From the NCBI GenBank assembly GCA_965371875.1, contig CBDVAD010000002.1, forward strand, positions 1-36,311: a stretch of DNA of 36,311 bases, given 5' to 3'. The DNA comes from an uncultured bacterium. Lineage in GTDB: Bacteria > Spirochaetota > Spirochaetia > B11-G9. The notes beneath the pieces were generated by a model. The model saw nothing but the letters and a program-made list of their open reading frames with translations, was not told the origin of the DNA and did no database searches. A program made the position numbers and the translations under genes. How positions within the stretch are numbered: position 1 is the first letter of the stretch; each line of letters begins with the position of its first letter. This document shows, piece after piece, positions 1 through 8,928 of the stretch.

Positions 1-1706
1 ATATTAATAGAATCCTTATTTCCATCGTCATTTGGGGAAAAAATCTTGTAATCATCGGTTGGGTCCATAAGATCCAATTCAGGCGAAGCAGAGTCCACTA
101 CTATTGCAAAACTTTCCGAACGGCCAATATTACCATTATCATCCCAGGCTTCCACATAAAAATAATAGATACCGTCAGAAACTTCACTTCCATCATTTGA
201 AAATCCATCCCATCTGAACTCATCAGGTATTTCAATTCCACTCTTTACTGAGAAAAGTCTATCGAAAAATCCGCTAAAACCCTGGTTTTCTACCCTTTTT
301 TCCTTATTTCGTATATCTCTGACAATCAAACCATCTTTATCTGTTATAACAAATGCATAACCGGTAAGATATCTTGTATCGGAAATTGTAATAGGAAATG
401 TAAGATCATCTTTAATACCATCATTATTTGGGGAGATATAGACAGAAACTCCTGAATCCGTATATCTCTTATCATATCGTCCCTGATTTTTTACCTGTTC
501 ATTATCCACTTGTTTATCAAAGTGTATATTTTTATTTACTGTTTTAATATTTCCCGATGATACCGGGAACTGGGTTTTGAGGTTGTTTTCCTTTCCAATC
601 AGTTTGCCGGAAGGAAGTTTACTTACGGGAGCTGCAGTTTCTTCTTCCTTTTCATCACTGTCAGGATTTTCAATTTTAATATCTTCTGTTTCAAATCCTG
701 ATATGTCAAGTTTTATAACAGGTGCCGATCTATCGATTACACCTAAAGGGATATTTACACCTAAACCTGCTGCCCATAAATCTTCCGCTATGGGTGCAAT
801 TCCAGTTTGTATGTTTATTTCACTTCTATTCCATCCTCTGTCATAAAGACCAAGAAAGTTGCTCTCTTTTTTGATATCAGTTTTAAATGAATAGTTAATA
901 CCAATAGAGGGGATCAACCCATAGGAGTTTCCCCTGGAAATGGCATCCAGGTCTAATCTTGTACCAAGATTTATTGAGAAAGTATCCCTGAAAGTAATAT
1001 TACTGCCCATAGTTAAAAGAATGGATTTAAAACCTGGAAACCCCAGATCTGTAGAAACATTAATAAGAAAATCTTCCGTTTTTAAAATATTTGCACTAAT
1101 TCCGCCAGTTACTGTAAAGGGATCCGGATAACCGGTAGTTATATCCGTATAGCCAAAATCCTGCAAAACAATTGCCCATCTGAAATCTTTTAAAAATCCC
1201 AGATCACCGGTCAAAGATATGACTCCAAGATCCAGAGATGCAGCCAGGCCAGGTTCGAATGAACCGGCGAGCTTTAAACCCGCCCCTGCAAGTAAATCAG
1301 GATAGAGTTCCTTGGCAAAAGAGCCGTTAAGTGAAAAAATAGAATTGGAATCAACAGAAGGAAAAGGGGACGTAAGATAGTGTCCGGACCAGCTGAAAAC
1401 ACCTGCTTTCGTAGGGATTGTATTGCCGATGTTTATCCCATGCCCTTCATAGCCGCTAAAACCATCTTCCTGACCAAATATACCAACATAACTAAGATCC
1501 AGTGTTATTCTCTGCACAAGTGCAGAAGAGGCTGGATTAACAGCATCTGATTGTGGAGACATTGAACTAGTTATGCTTGATGTCCCTCCAATAAAATAGG
1601 GAGAGTAGAAATCTTTAATCTGACTTCCTTCCTGAGCCCAGACTGTCCATCCAATTGCGAAATAGAAAGTAAGCAATATTGATCTTATTACAATTTTATT
1701 TTTCAT
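1..1706 (-). CDS. Secreted envelope protein, C-terminus cut by window edge (signal peptide, beta-rich N-terminal region, acidic linker, FlgD-Ig-like modules)
   Basis: ATG at 1706-1704 (cat on + strand). My translation gives MKNKIVIRSILLTFYFAIGWTVWA/QEGSQIKDFYSPYF..., a signal-peptide-like start. The frame stays open to position 1. It is absent from the ORF track because no stop lies inside the window. Hand translation of nt 479-3 gives ...VYISPNNDGIKDDLTFPI... and ...KIFSPNDDGNKDSIN, the SPNxDGxxD signature typical of FlgD-Ig-like/Ig-like envelope domains. Confidence 0.65.
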   Translation of the reverse strand, partial: MKNKIVIRSILLTFYFAIGWTVWAQEGSQIKDFYSPYFIGGTSSITSSMSPQSDAVNPASSALVQRITLDLSYVGIFGQEDGFSGYEGHGINIGNTIPTKAGVFSWSGHYLTSPFPSVDSNSIFSLNGSFAKELYPDLLAGAGLKLAGSFEPGLAASLDLGVISLTGDLGFLKDFRWAIVLQDFGYTDITTGYPDPFTVTGGISANILKTEDFLINVSTDLGFPGFKSILLTMGSNITFRDTFSINLGTRLDLDAISRGNSYGLIPSIGINYSFKTDIKKESNFLGLYDRGWNRSEINIQTGIAPIAEDLWAAGLGVNIPLGVIDRSAPVIKLDISGFETEDIKIENPDSDEKEEETAAPVSKLPSGKLIGKENNLKTQFPVSSGNIKTVNKNIHFDKQVDNEQVKNQGRYDKRYTDSGVSVYISPNNDGIKDDLTFPITISDTRYLTGYAFVITDKDGLIVRDIRNKEKRVENQGFSGFFDRLFSVKSGIEIPDEFRWDGFSNDGSEVSDGIYYFYVEAWDDNGNIGRSESFAIVVDSASPELDLMDPTDDYKIFSPNDDGNKDSIN

Positions 1707-1716
1707 AGACTTGAAT

Positions 1717-1911
1717 TTACAGCTTTTTACCAAGAACATCAACTTTTTTTGCATACAACTCTCCAATAGTTTCAATTTCCTCAATTGATAAATATTTAAA
1801 TATCTCTTTTTCTATTTTATATCTTACTAACTGTAGATTAGTATCCAGATTCCCTTCATTTTTAATCAGCATCAGGTAGATACCTATCAATTCATTACCT
1901 TCAATATTCAT
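1717..1911 (-). CDS. Small hypothetical protein (64 aa)
   Basis: The ORF overlaps the stop of the upstream MBL-fold gene (TAATG, 1909-1913) and lies 10 nt upstream of the next gene. No recognisable motif. Confidence 0.4.
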   Translation of the reverse strand: MNIEGNELIGIYLMLIKNEGNLDTNLQLVRYKIEKEIFKYLSIEEIETIGELYAKKVDVLGKKL

Positions 1912-2855
1912 TAGAGCACTATTTCCAGATCTTCCCGGGCAAGAATTACCTGAATCTCCGAATTTTGCTGGTATTTTTTATACCAGTTAGCTGATTTATG
2001 AATAGATGCCATTTTATTATCATCGTAAAGAGGTTCATGATGAAACAATACAAGTTTATTAATATTCCATGCTGATGCAAAATCAACTGCTAAGCTATAG
2101 GATGAATGACCCCAATCATACTTTTCAATAGCCTCATCCAGAGTATATTGACTATCAAGGATAATTAGATCACTGCTTTGATAATATTTTGTATTCTCCC
2201 TGTTCTTTTCAAAATCACTGTCCTGCAGCTCTGTATCTGTTGAAAATATCATTGTTTTTCCATTTTCTCCTATTTTGTATGAATAAGAGCCTCCGGGATG
2301 CTTCATTCGACGCCAGCTTATCTCGGCATTCCCTATCCTGATGCTACTATCCTTCAGGACATTATAGCTTATATTTTTACTGAACATATCGATTGTTATA
2401 GGAAAATAAGGATTTTTCATTTGTCCACTTAAAATTTCTTTGAATTCAGGGACAGGACTATAAAAATGTATAATACACCCCGGATTAAATACCTGTGGAG
2501 AAAAGAATGGAAGCCCCTGAATATGATCCCAATGAAAATGAGTAAAGAATATATGATAATGCCGTATATGATCATTTTCATGGAGCAGGTGATTACCTAA
2601 CCTGCTTATTCCAGATCCGGCATCAAAAATAATCAGATTATCATCATCAAGTCTTACTTCCAGACAAGTAGTATTACCACCTACTGTCCCAAATATATTA
2701 TCCGGCAATGATGATAGAAAAGTTTCCCTTGTTTCCGGAGTCTGGAGATCAACTGCCTGTATTCTCTGAACAACAGCAGAAATTTTTCTTTGAATTTGAC
2801 TTGATGATAATGGAGTCGGAATTGACCCTCTAACACCCCAGAATCTAATTTTCAT
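1911..2855 (-). CDS. MBL-fold metallo-hydrolase
   Basis: Carries the HxHxDH motif (HFHWDH) and downstream His/Asp ligands. I place the start at the internal ATG 2855 (MKIRFWGVRGSIPTP...) because AGGAG lies about 8 nt upstream. The track start at 2912 looks like an unsupported extension. Confidence 0.85.
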   Translation of the reverse strand: MKIRFWGVRGSIPTPLSSSQIQRKISAVVQRIQAVDLQTPETRETFLSSLPDNIFGTVGGNTTCLEVRLDDDNLIIFDAGSGISRLGNHLLHENDHIRHYHIFFTHFHWDHIQGLPFFSPQVFNPGCIIHFYSPVPEFKEILSGQMKNPYFPITIDMFSKNISYNVLKDSSIRIGNAEISWRRMKHPGGSYSYKIGENGKTMIFSTDTELQDSDFEKNRENTKYYQSSDLIILDSQYTLDEAIEKYDWGHSSYSLAVDFASAWNINKLVLFHHEPLYDDNKMASIHKSANWYKKYQQNSEIQVILAREDLEIVL

Positions 2856-2921
2856 ATAGGCATCTCCTTTGGCTGCATAGGCGAGCAGCCAACTTGTTGG
2901 CGACCAGCCCATTATTTATTT

Positions 2922-3359
2922 CTAAAGTGAAATATACTTTTCAAGGTTTCTAAGTCTTAACCATTCCTCAATCTCTGCTTTATCTATAATAACACCATGA
3001 TTCATTCCCGTACATGACTGAGCTTCAATATCCCATGATTTTTTATCTGTAAGAAAAGGTTTCCAGAAGGGATAACTCCGACACTGAAGCGGCCTGGCAC
3101 TATATATTTCACATCCGCCATTCTTCCAGAAAATGCAGTCATAATTTGTTTTTTCAATTAGACTTAGACGCTTATGTTCACCCATATCAACTATTCTGCA
3201 ATACTTTTTAATAAATTGATCTTTTGAAATATCAAAGTGTTCGAGTAATCTATCAAGGTCATTATAGGATAGAAAAACATAGCCAGGATCCAGACGGCAG
3301 CAATTTGAACATTGTGTACATTCAAAATGCAAGCCGTTTTCATAGAATAGTTCACTCAA
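2922..3359 (-). CDS. YkgJ-family cysteine-cluster (CxxCxxCC) zinc/iron-chelating domain protein
   Basis: CTQCSNCC motif near the N-terminus plus further conserved Cys. TTG start at 3359 is preceded by a strong SD, AAGGAGG, with an 8-nt spacer (read on the minus strand). Confidence 0.8.
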   Translation of the reverse strand: MSELFYENGLHFECTQCSNCCRLDPGYVFLSYNDLDRLLEHFDISKDQFIKKYCRIVDMGEHKRLSLIEKTNYDCIFWKNGGCEIYSARPLQCRSYPFWKPFLTDKKSWDIEAQSCTGMNHGVIIDKAEIEEWLRLRNLEKYISL

Positions 3360-3401
3360 ACTTTCAGCCTCCTTACCACTACTTCTCTTTTAGGAGGGAC
3401 A

Positions 3402-3436
3402 TAAAAAAAGGATCCTTCCAAAAAAGGAAAGATCCT
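3402..3436 (-). terminator. Rho-independent terminator after tRNA-Tyr
   Basis: Arms aggatccttcc (3409-3419) and ggaaagatcct (3426-3436) form an 11-bp stem with one mismatch and a 6-nt loop. On the minus strand the stem is followed by a run of 7 T (A-run 3403-3409 on +). Confidence 0.65.
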
Positions 3437-3437
3437 A

Positions 3438-3519
3438 TGGGGAGAGAAGGATTTGAACCTTCGAAGGCGTAGCCAACAGATTTACAGTCTGCCCCCTTTG
3501 ACCACTCGGGAACCTCCCC
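3438..3519 (-). tRNA. tRNA-Tyr (anticodon GTA), class II with long variable arm, CCA not encoded
   Basis: The reverse complement reads GGGGAGGTTCCCGAGTGGTCAAAGGGGGCAGACTGTAAATCTGTTGGCTACGCCTTCGAAGGTTCAAATCCTTCTCTCCCCA. It has a 7-bp acceptor stem, anticodon loop CTGTAAA, and T-arm GAAGG/TTCAAAT/CCTTC. Confidence 0.85.
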
Positions 3520-3560
3520 AATTTGCAATGAACACTACCATAAAAGAAAATGCCCAGTCA

Positions 3561-3634
3561 AGCCGCCTGTCAGATTCGAACTGACGACCCCGAGATTACA
3601 AGTCACGTGCTCTGGCCAGCTGAGCTAAGGCGGC
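3561..3634 (-). tRNA. tRNA-Thr (anticodon TGT)
   Basis: The reverse complement reads GCCGCCTTAGCTCAGCTGGCCAGAGCACGTGACTTGTAATCTCGGGGTCGTCAGTTCGAATCTGACAGGCGGCT (74 nt). Acceptor stem is GCCGCCT/AGGCGGC, anticodon loop CTTGTAA, T-loop TTCGAAT. There is one U-U mismatch in the anticodon stem. Confidence 0.8.
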
Positions 3635-3650
3635 GATTTCCGACTGGATG

Positions 3651-3679
3651 AACATAAAGGTTTTATAAAAATATGTCAA
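3651..3679 (-). promoter_or_regulatory. Candidate sigma70-type promoter for the tRNA-Thr/tRNA-Tyr pair
   Basis: The minus strand reads TTGACA (3679-3674), a 17-nt spacer, then TATGTT (3656-3651). It ends 16 nt upstream of the tRNA-Thr 5' end. Confidence 0.45.
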
Positions 3680-3716
3680 TAGAGCTAATTTTATTTATGT
3701 CATATTACATGCTGAA

Positions 3717-4499
3717 TTAAAGCTCAAACACGAAGCTGAGTTCAGGTTTTGTCAGTACTTCTGTACGTTTGGCAAAAATAGCAATAGTATGTTCAAATTG
3801 CGCGGTTTGTCTTCCATCTGTAGTAACAATCGACCATCCGTCTTCAAGGGTTCTGATTTTTCCTGAACCTAATGTTAATACCGGTTCTATAGTAAATACC
3901 ATCCCTGGAACAACCGGCAGACCCACATGAGGTTCTCCAACAGGCAGCACCACAGGGTCCTCATGAACATCTACACCTATTCCATGGCCTGCAAGAGAAT
4001 CAAGTACTGAGCATCCCCATCTTGAAGCGGTATTGGAAATAGCAAAACCAATATCCCCCAGCCTGTTTCCTGCTCTTGCTGCCTTAATACCAGCATGAGT
4101 TGCTTCCTTTGCCGCTTTGTACAATCTCATTATATCAGGGTTACCGTAACCAACTATATATGTCCAGGCACCGTCGCCATGCCATCCATCAGTATTCAGG
4201 ATAATATCCACTGTAATAATATCACCCTCTACCAATATATACTTACCAGGCAGACCATGTACTGCAACACTGTTAACAGAAGTGCAGATAGTTGAAGGAT
4301 ACCCTCTGTATCCGAGTGCTGATGACTTTGCAAATTTCCTGTCCATAGAAGCTTTACAGAAATCCGTAATCTCATCTGTACTCACACCTGGGTTGATAAA
4401 AGACTCAAGTTCATCAAAAATTAATTCTATTATGTTACAAGATCTCCTGATCCTTGCAACTTCCAGGGACGTTTTAAAACGTACGTCCTCATTTCTCAT
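3717..4499 (-). CDS. map: Type I methionine aminopeptidase
   Basis: 260 aa with the typical MetAP pita-bread motifs (VHGLPG, DIITVD, GDGAWT, AGHGIG, FTIEP, AQFEHT). Confidence 0.9.
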   Translation of the reverse strand: MRNEDVRFKTSLEVARIRRSCNIIELIFDELESFINPGVSTDEITDFCKASMDRKFAKSSALGYRGYPSTICTSVNSVAVHGLPGKYILVEGDIITVDIILNTDGWHGDGAWTYIVGYGNPDIMRLYKAAKEATHAGIKAARAGNRLGDIGFAISNTASRWGCSVLDSLAGHGIGVDVHEDPVVLPVGEPHVGLPVVPGMVFTIEPVLTLGSGKIRTLEDGWSIVTTDGRQTAQFEHTIAIFAKRTEVLTKPELSFVFEL

Positions 4500-4852
4500 T
4501 AACTTTTTATATCCAGTCTAAGATTTTTTGCACCTTCCAAATATACCGGTTCCGGGATTCTATCTGTTTCCATTGTTATAAGGACCCTTATAACCCGCTC
4601 CATAGATCCTATTATATCAGGCTCCTTTGTGCAGAATAAGGGCGTTCCATTAAAACCGTCTTTACGTAGAGCAGCAGCAGGATTTAATACAGTAAGATCA
4701 TCTGTCTGTGAAAAGATTATGCTTATAATATTCCTGATATCAATTCCGTTTTTTTCAATTAATTCACTAATCAATCGTCTGACACCTTTATCAATATACT
4801 TTTCTGTGTTTTCTTTTATCTGAATTGCACCTCTAACAGCTCTAACAGCCAT
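4499..4852 (-). CDS. aroH: Monofunctional chorismate mutase, AroH class
   Basis: 117 aa. The N-terminus MAVRAVRGAIQI... and the overall size match AroH-type trimeric chorismate mutases. There is a 1-nt overlap with the map start. Confidence 0.7.
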   Translation of the reverse strand: MAVRAVRGAIQIKENTEKYIDKGVRRLISELIEKNGIDIRNIISIIFSQTDDLTVLNPAAALRKDGFNGTPLFCTKEPDIIGSMERVIRVLITMETDRIPEPVYLEGAKNLRLDIKS

Positions 4853-4870
4853 AAGTCACCCCTTGTAAGT

Positions 4871-5209
4871 TTAGTTTACCGCTTTTGTAACTGCACTAAT
4901 CATATTAGCCAACAAATAAAAGAAAATCACAGTAAATTCACCAGCAACAATAATTGCCAGGCTGATAAATGTATGGGACTTTGTTCTTATCATCAATACG
5001 GAAATAATAATCAGATGGTAAAAACCGGTTATAATAAATGTACCCGCAACTATCTCAAAAATATTTAATAAAATCAGCTGAGTTGAATCTAAAAACTCCT
5101 GAAAACTTCCAATTACAAAGACCGAAAATACTACTGTTGTAATAAGAAAAAGCAAAATTGATATTTTTCTGATTATTCCGGGAATCCAGAACTCTGTAAT
5201 CTTTTCCAT
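4871..5209 (-). CDS. Small integral membrane protein (hypothetical)
   Basis: 112 aa with 3-4 hydrophobic helices. No recognisable motif. Confidence 0.5.
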   Translation of the reverse strand: MEKITEFWIPGIIRKISILLFLITTVVFSVFVIGSFQEFLDSTQLILLNIFEIVAGTFIITGFYHLIIISVLMIRTKSHTFISLAIIVAGEFTVIFFYLLANMISAVTKAVN

Positions 5210-5237
5210 AGATCAAATCTATCAGGCAATATAGATA

Positions 5238-6236
5238 TTGTCATCAATAATTCTATCTTTATTGCTATCTCTCTTTTTATATCATAGTATTGATATTATG
5301 GTATATTCTGAAGATTTTGTACTGAATAGAATACTAAAAAAAAAGATAATAGATATAATTTACAGCAATTCCAAAGAACTGTCTCCCTTTTCTACAGAAG
5401 AAAAGGAACAACTTACAGGATCAGATGCAATAAAAAGTATTATCTTTGATATCTATGGAACTTTATTAATTTCAGCTTCAGGAGATATAGGCACTGTAAA
5501 AGGTTCCTCAAAAGCAGAAAATTTTCTTAATGCTCTAATAAAATCCGGAATAACAGTAATGAAACCGGATGCAGGGAGAAAGGGATTAGAATATTTATAT
5601 GATGAAATACAATCATCCCATATTAATTCGAAAAAAAAGGGAATAGAATACCCTGAAGTACTAATTACCCCAATATGGGAAAAAGTACTTTCAAAGCTTA
5701 AAACTAATGGTTTGATAAAGGTTGAGACAACTGATAAATTTTCCTTACTTGCCGCAACTTACTTTGAATGCTTTAATAACCCTGTCTGGCCAATGCCTGA
5801 TCTTGTAGATGTCTTAAACATTCTCAAAAAAGAGAACATAGTTCTTGGAATCATCTCTAATGCTCAATTCTATACACCGCTGCTTTTTCCGGCAATAACA
5901 GGATTTACTCTTAAAGAACTGGGTTTCGATTCCAGATTAATTCAGTTTTCATACATGAATGGAGAAGCAAAACCTTCTCTAAATATGTTTAAGTCAGTAA
6001 TTACGGAATTAAAATCAAAATACAATATCGATCCTTCCAATTCACTTTATATTGGTAATGACATGCTTAATGATATATACTCAGCAAAGATGGCTGGAAT
6101 GAAAGCGGCTTTATTCGCCGGAGATACAAGATCTTTGAGACTCAGAGAGACTAATCCTAAGGTGTCGGGAATAAAACCGGACTTTACTGTTACAAAGCTT
6201 ATACAAATTCCAACCCTGTTGAATAAGAGCATGTAA
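5238..6236 (+). CDS. HAD-superfamily hydrolase (haloacid-dehalogenase-like subfamily IA)
   Basis: Motif I is FDIYGTLL (DxYGT variant), motif II is ISNA, and the motif III/IV region is K...GNDMLNDI. The track start is a TTG only 28 nt from the divergent gene. ATG at 5298 (MVYSEDF...) is an alternative start. Confidence 0.7.
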   Translation: MSSIILSLLLSLFLYHSIDIMVYSEDFVLNRILKKKIIDIIYSNSKELSPFSTEEKEQLTGSDAIKSIIFDIYGTLLISASGDIGTVKGSSKAENFLNALIKSGITVMKPDAGRKGLEYLYDEIQSSHINSKKKGIEYPEVLITPIWEKVLSKLKTNGLIKVETTDKFSLLAATYFECFNNPVWPMPDLVDVLNILKKENIVLGIISNAQFYTPLLFPAITGFTLKELGFDSRLIQFSYMNGEAKPSLNMFKSVITELKSKYNIDPSNSLYIGNDMLNDIYSAKMAGMKAALFAGDTRSLRLRETNPKVSGIKPDFTVTKLIQIPTLLNKSM

Positions 6237-6260
6237 ATCAAAAAAGGGGCAGGAATCATA

Positions 6261-7124
6261 GTGAAACTAAAACATATACTATTACTTTCAGTTTTTATAC
6301 TTATCTCAGGTACAATTTTTTATTTTGGATGGATACAAATAAAACTACCCGAGAATACCTATGGAATAGCCTTTACAAAATCCAATGGTTATCTTGATAA
6401 AATCTATGAACCTGGTAAATTTTCATGGGATTTTCGAAAACTTATTCCTACCAATTTTAAACTGCTCAAATTTAAACTATCAGCACAGCAATTGGAGGTT
6501 GACGAACAACGAGAGCTTCCTTTTGGTAAAATATATTCCGGATATCTTCCAGGCTCACCTGATTTTTCGTATCAATTAAAGTATTTTCTTACATACAGTA
6601 TTAAACCGGCTGCTTTTCCATCAATGGTCGCTGAATTAAGGCTGGATCCTGATCAGATGCACCTGCGTTACAAAGCTATAAATGCTGATATCCAGCTGTT
6701 TATTGTTGAATATTATAAAAATAAATCACTTGAATCCAACAATGCAACTAATCTATTCGATAATAATAAATTTTCAAGTGAACTATTATCTGCTCTTGTC
6801 AAAAATTTCTCTTCTCTTGATTTCAAGGAATTTATACCGGTAGCGATCTCTTTACCAGATACAACTTTGTACAATAGAGCAAAAGATTTTTATCTTTCAA
6901 CTCTGGAGTTAGAAAATAAAGTAATTTCAGAGTCGAGAATAAAGATAGCCGAACAGGAGATACGGGATACAGCAAACTTTGAAACTCTCAAAAAATATGG
7001 TGAGCTTCTTACTGAATATCCGTCATTAATCGATTTCTTTTCTGTTATTGAAATTAATTGTGACAGCATAATTCCAAAGTTAAACCTTGAAATACCCGCT
7101 CAAACTGAAAAACAAAATGAGTAA
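6261..7124 (+). CDS. Membrane-anchored hypothetical protein (possibly SPFH/band-7-like)
   Basis: GTG start with a G-rich SD-like sequence upstream, an N-terminal TM helix, and a weak resemblance to the SPFH N-terminal strand pattern (IQIKLPENTYGIAF...EPGKF). Confidence 0.5.
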   Translation: MKLKHILLLSVFILISGTIFYFGWIQIKLPENTYGIAFTKSNGYLDKIYEPGKFSWDFRKLIPTNFKLLKFKLSAQQLEVDEQRELPFGKIYSGYLPGSPDFSYQLKYFLTYSIKPAAFPSMVAELRLDPDQMHLRYKAINADIQLFIVEYYKNKSLESNNATNLFDNNKFSSELLSALVKNFSSLDFKEFIPVAISLPDTTLYNRAKDFYLSTLELENKVISESRIKIAEQEIRDTANFETLKKYGELLTEYPSLIDFFSVIEINCDSIIPKLNLEIPAQTEKQNE

Positions 7125-7134
7125 ACATTAAAAA

Positions 7135-8928
7135 TCAGTTTATAATATGATGATATAAATGTTCAAACTGATGAATATGACTTATCTGTTCATTTATTAC
7201 ATCTTTTAGAATAGTTGGTTCATTGTTGATAAAATAGTGCTGATCAAGCTGTTCAGCAATCGTCATGTTTTTACTGTTAAGTATCTCGATAAAAACCCTT
7301 TTTATTCCGGAAATAGATTCAATACCTACTTCTGATAGAGATTTAGCCTGTTTATCCTTCTGCAAAACAATCTTTCTATACATTTTTTCCTGTATCGGAT
7401 CCTTTGCCATGGAAAATCTATACTTGTTAAATAATTTACCATCTTCTGAATCCGGTGCAAGGGACTCATCAAAAACCTTTTTGTTATCCACTGTATCTTC
7501 AATTGCAGTTGCGTATTGAAGCATACTATCCTTAATAAGTCTATTTTGAGAAAGGATCCCTCTTTCAAGTAATCGAACGGTCTCCTGGATATATCCTTTA
7601 AAAAAACATGCAAGATAATTATATACTAATTCAAGAGCCTTAATCTGGGAAAAAGCAGAAACTCCCAATTTATCATAGTCAATGGATGAATATTCCCTAT
7701 AATGCTGGAAACCGGAAAATCTTTGACCTTTGAAAATTCTTTCCGTTTCTAAAGAAATATATCTCTTCTTAATATCAGGAAACATCTGTTCGATCTTATC
7801 CAATAATCTCATCTTCAATGAATTTCTATAGAATTCCTTTAGATCAATTTTGGGTAAATAAAACATTATTTTGAGATAAGGGTTTTTTTTAAAATATCGT
7901 ATAAGGTCAGCAAGAGGTACCTTATTGGAAAATTTATGGGATACTGTAATAATATTTGACAAATAATCTACTATTCCTGAGGTTTCTGTATTTTCATCGT
8001 TATCCGTATATTCAAATTCTTCTAGAAAATTCAATTGCTTAATCATTTTATTATTCAGATTAATTTTCTTTTCCAGTTTTGAGACCGTGTAAAGAGCACA
8101 GTAAAGTTTTTCAAGATCTCCAAGGCAAAGAATTGCTGATGCATTTTTAAAATTTGGTACTTCATTAGATCTATTGTCAATTGGAATATACCCAAATTGT
8201 TGAAAAAACTGTACATAGGGAAAAAGTATGAGATCTTTAAGGTAATAGAGTGGTCTTAACTCTATTTCGAGATCAATAAAATATTTTTTATCTATTTTTG
8301 AAATGTATTCATCTAGTTTATTTAGAAGCTGTCTGCTGACATCAGCCTTTCTTCCATTTACTCCGTAGATTTCAACAAATTCATCAAGTGTCATAAGATC
8401 TGAAGGTTCTTCCAGAATGTTTTGCAAACGGGTTTCTATAATGTTAAGAAAAAAAGCTTTAGATATGGCAGGTTCCATCCAAAGCTTCTTAAAGAGTGAT
8501 CTTAGAGGCATTGAATGGCTGTATAATTCAAATACCTGTTCAGCAAAATGAGGAGTCAGGTTGCGCGTTTCAAATCCTGTCAAATGAGAGGATTGATGTC
8601 TGATTTTTCTTTTTAATTTAGAAATTTTTCCCACCAGATAGATCTCTTTTTCACTTTTTCCACTTAATTTTGATTTTAACCATAAGAAAAATCTTATTAA
8701 GAGAGGAAGCGTATTTAATTCTTCGTGTACCAGTGCAGTTTTTTCATCGTTATCCATTTCTTTTTCAAAAATGCTATTATCATTTTCTTCGTTGATATTA
8801 AGACTTTGATTGATTTTTTTTAATAAATCATTTCTGTCGCCATCGGACAAATCTCTTGACAATTCCAGAAAAGCTGTATCCGTTTTCAATGATCTTCTTC
8901 CTCCAGTTGAGTTACCATAATCAAACAT
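7135..8928 (-). CDS. Large hypothetical protein (597 aa)
   Basis: Long uninterrupted ORF whose 5' end overlaps the 3' end of the thiamine pyrophosphokinase gene by 43 nt. No motif I recognise. The start is uncertain. Confidence 0.55.
   Translation of the reverse strand: MFDYGNSTGGRRSLKTDTAFLELSRDLSDGDRNDLLKKINQSLNINEENDNSIFEKEMDNDEKTALVHEELNTLPLLIRFFLWLKSKLSGKSEKEIYLVGKISKLKRKIRHQSSHLTGFETRNLTPHFAEQVFELYSHSMPLRSLFKKLWMEPAISKAFFLNIIETRLQNILEEPSDLMTLDEFVEIYGVNGRKADVSRQLLNKLDEYISKIDKKYFIDLEIELRPLYYLKDLILFPYVQFFQQFGYIPIDNRSNEVPNFKNASAILCLGDLEKLYCALYTVSKLEKKINLNNKMIKQLNFLEEFEYTDNDENTETSGIVDYLSNIITVSHKFSNKVPLADLIRYFKKNPYLKIMFYLPKIDLKEFYRNSLKMRLLDKIEQMFPDIKKRYISLETERIFKGQRFSGFQHYREYSSIDYDKLGVSAFSQIKALELVYNYLACFFKGYIQETVRLLERGILSQNRLIKDSMLQYATAIEDTVDNKKVFDESLAPDSEDGKLFNKYRFSMAKDPIQEKMYRKIVLQKDKQAKSLSEVGIESISGIKRVFIEILNSKNMTIAEQLDQHYFINNEPTILKDVINEQISHIHQFEHLYHHIIN

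Noticed and set aside
577-1131. Plus-strand ORFs 577-846 and 940-1131
   Set aside because: Both lie inside the long minus-strand ORF that starts at 1706 and runs off the window. They have low-complexity translations and no start-site support.
2856-2912. 19-codon N-terminal extension of the MBL-fold gene
   Set aside because: The internal ATG at 2855 has an AGGAG SD at the proper distance and yields the family-typical MKIRFWGVRGS start. The extension has no RBS.
3224-3472. Plus-strand 82-aa ORF
   Set aside because: It overlaps the ykgJ-family gene in antisense and runs through the terminator hairpin into the tRNA-Tyr gene. It is not credible as coding.
3438-3634. tRNA pair as a possible integration site for a genomic island
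   Set aside because: No integrase, no direct repeat of a tRNA 3' end and no compositional break is visible on either side. The flanking genes are housekeeping (map, ykgJ-family).
4095-4823. Plus-strand ORFs antisense to map and aroH (4095-4295, 4282-4521, 4629-4823)
   Set aside because: They are shadow ORFs opposite two confidently identified genes.
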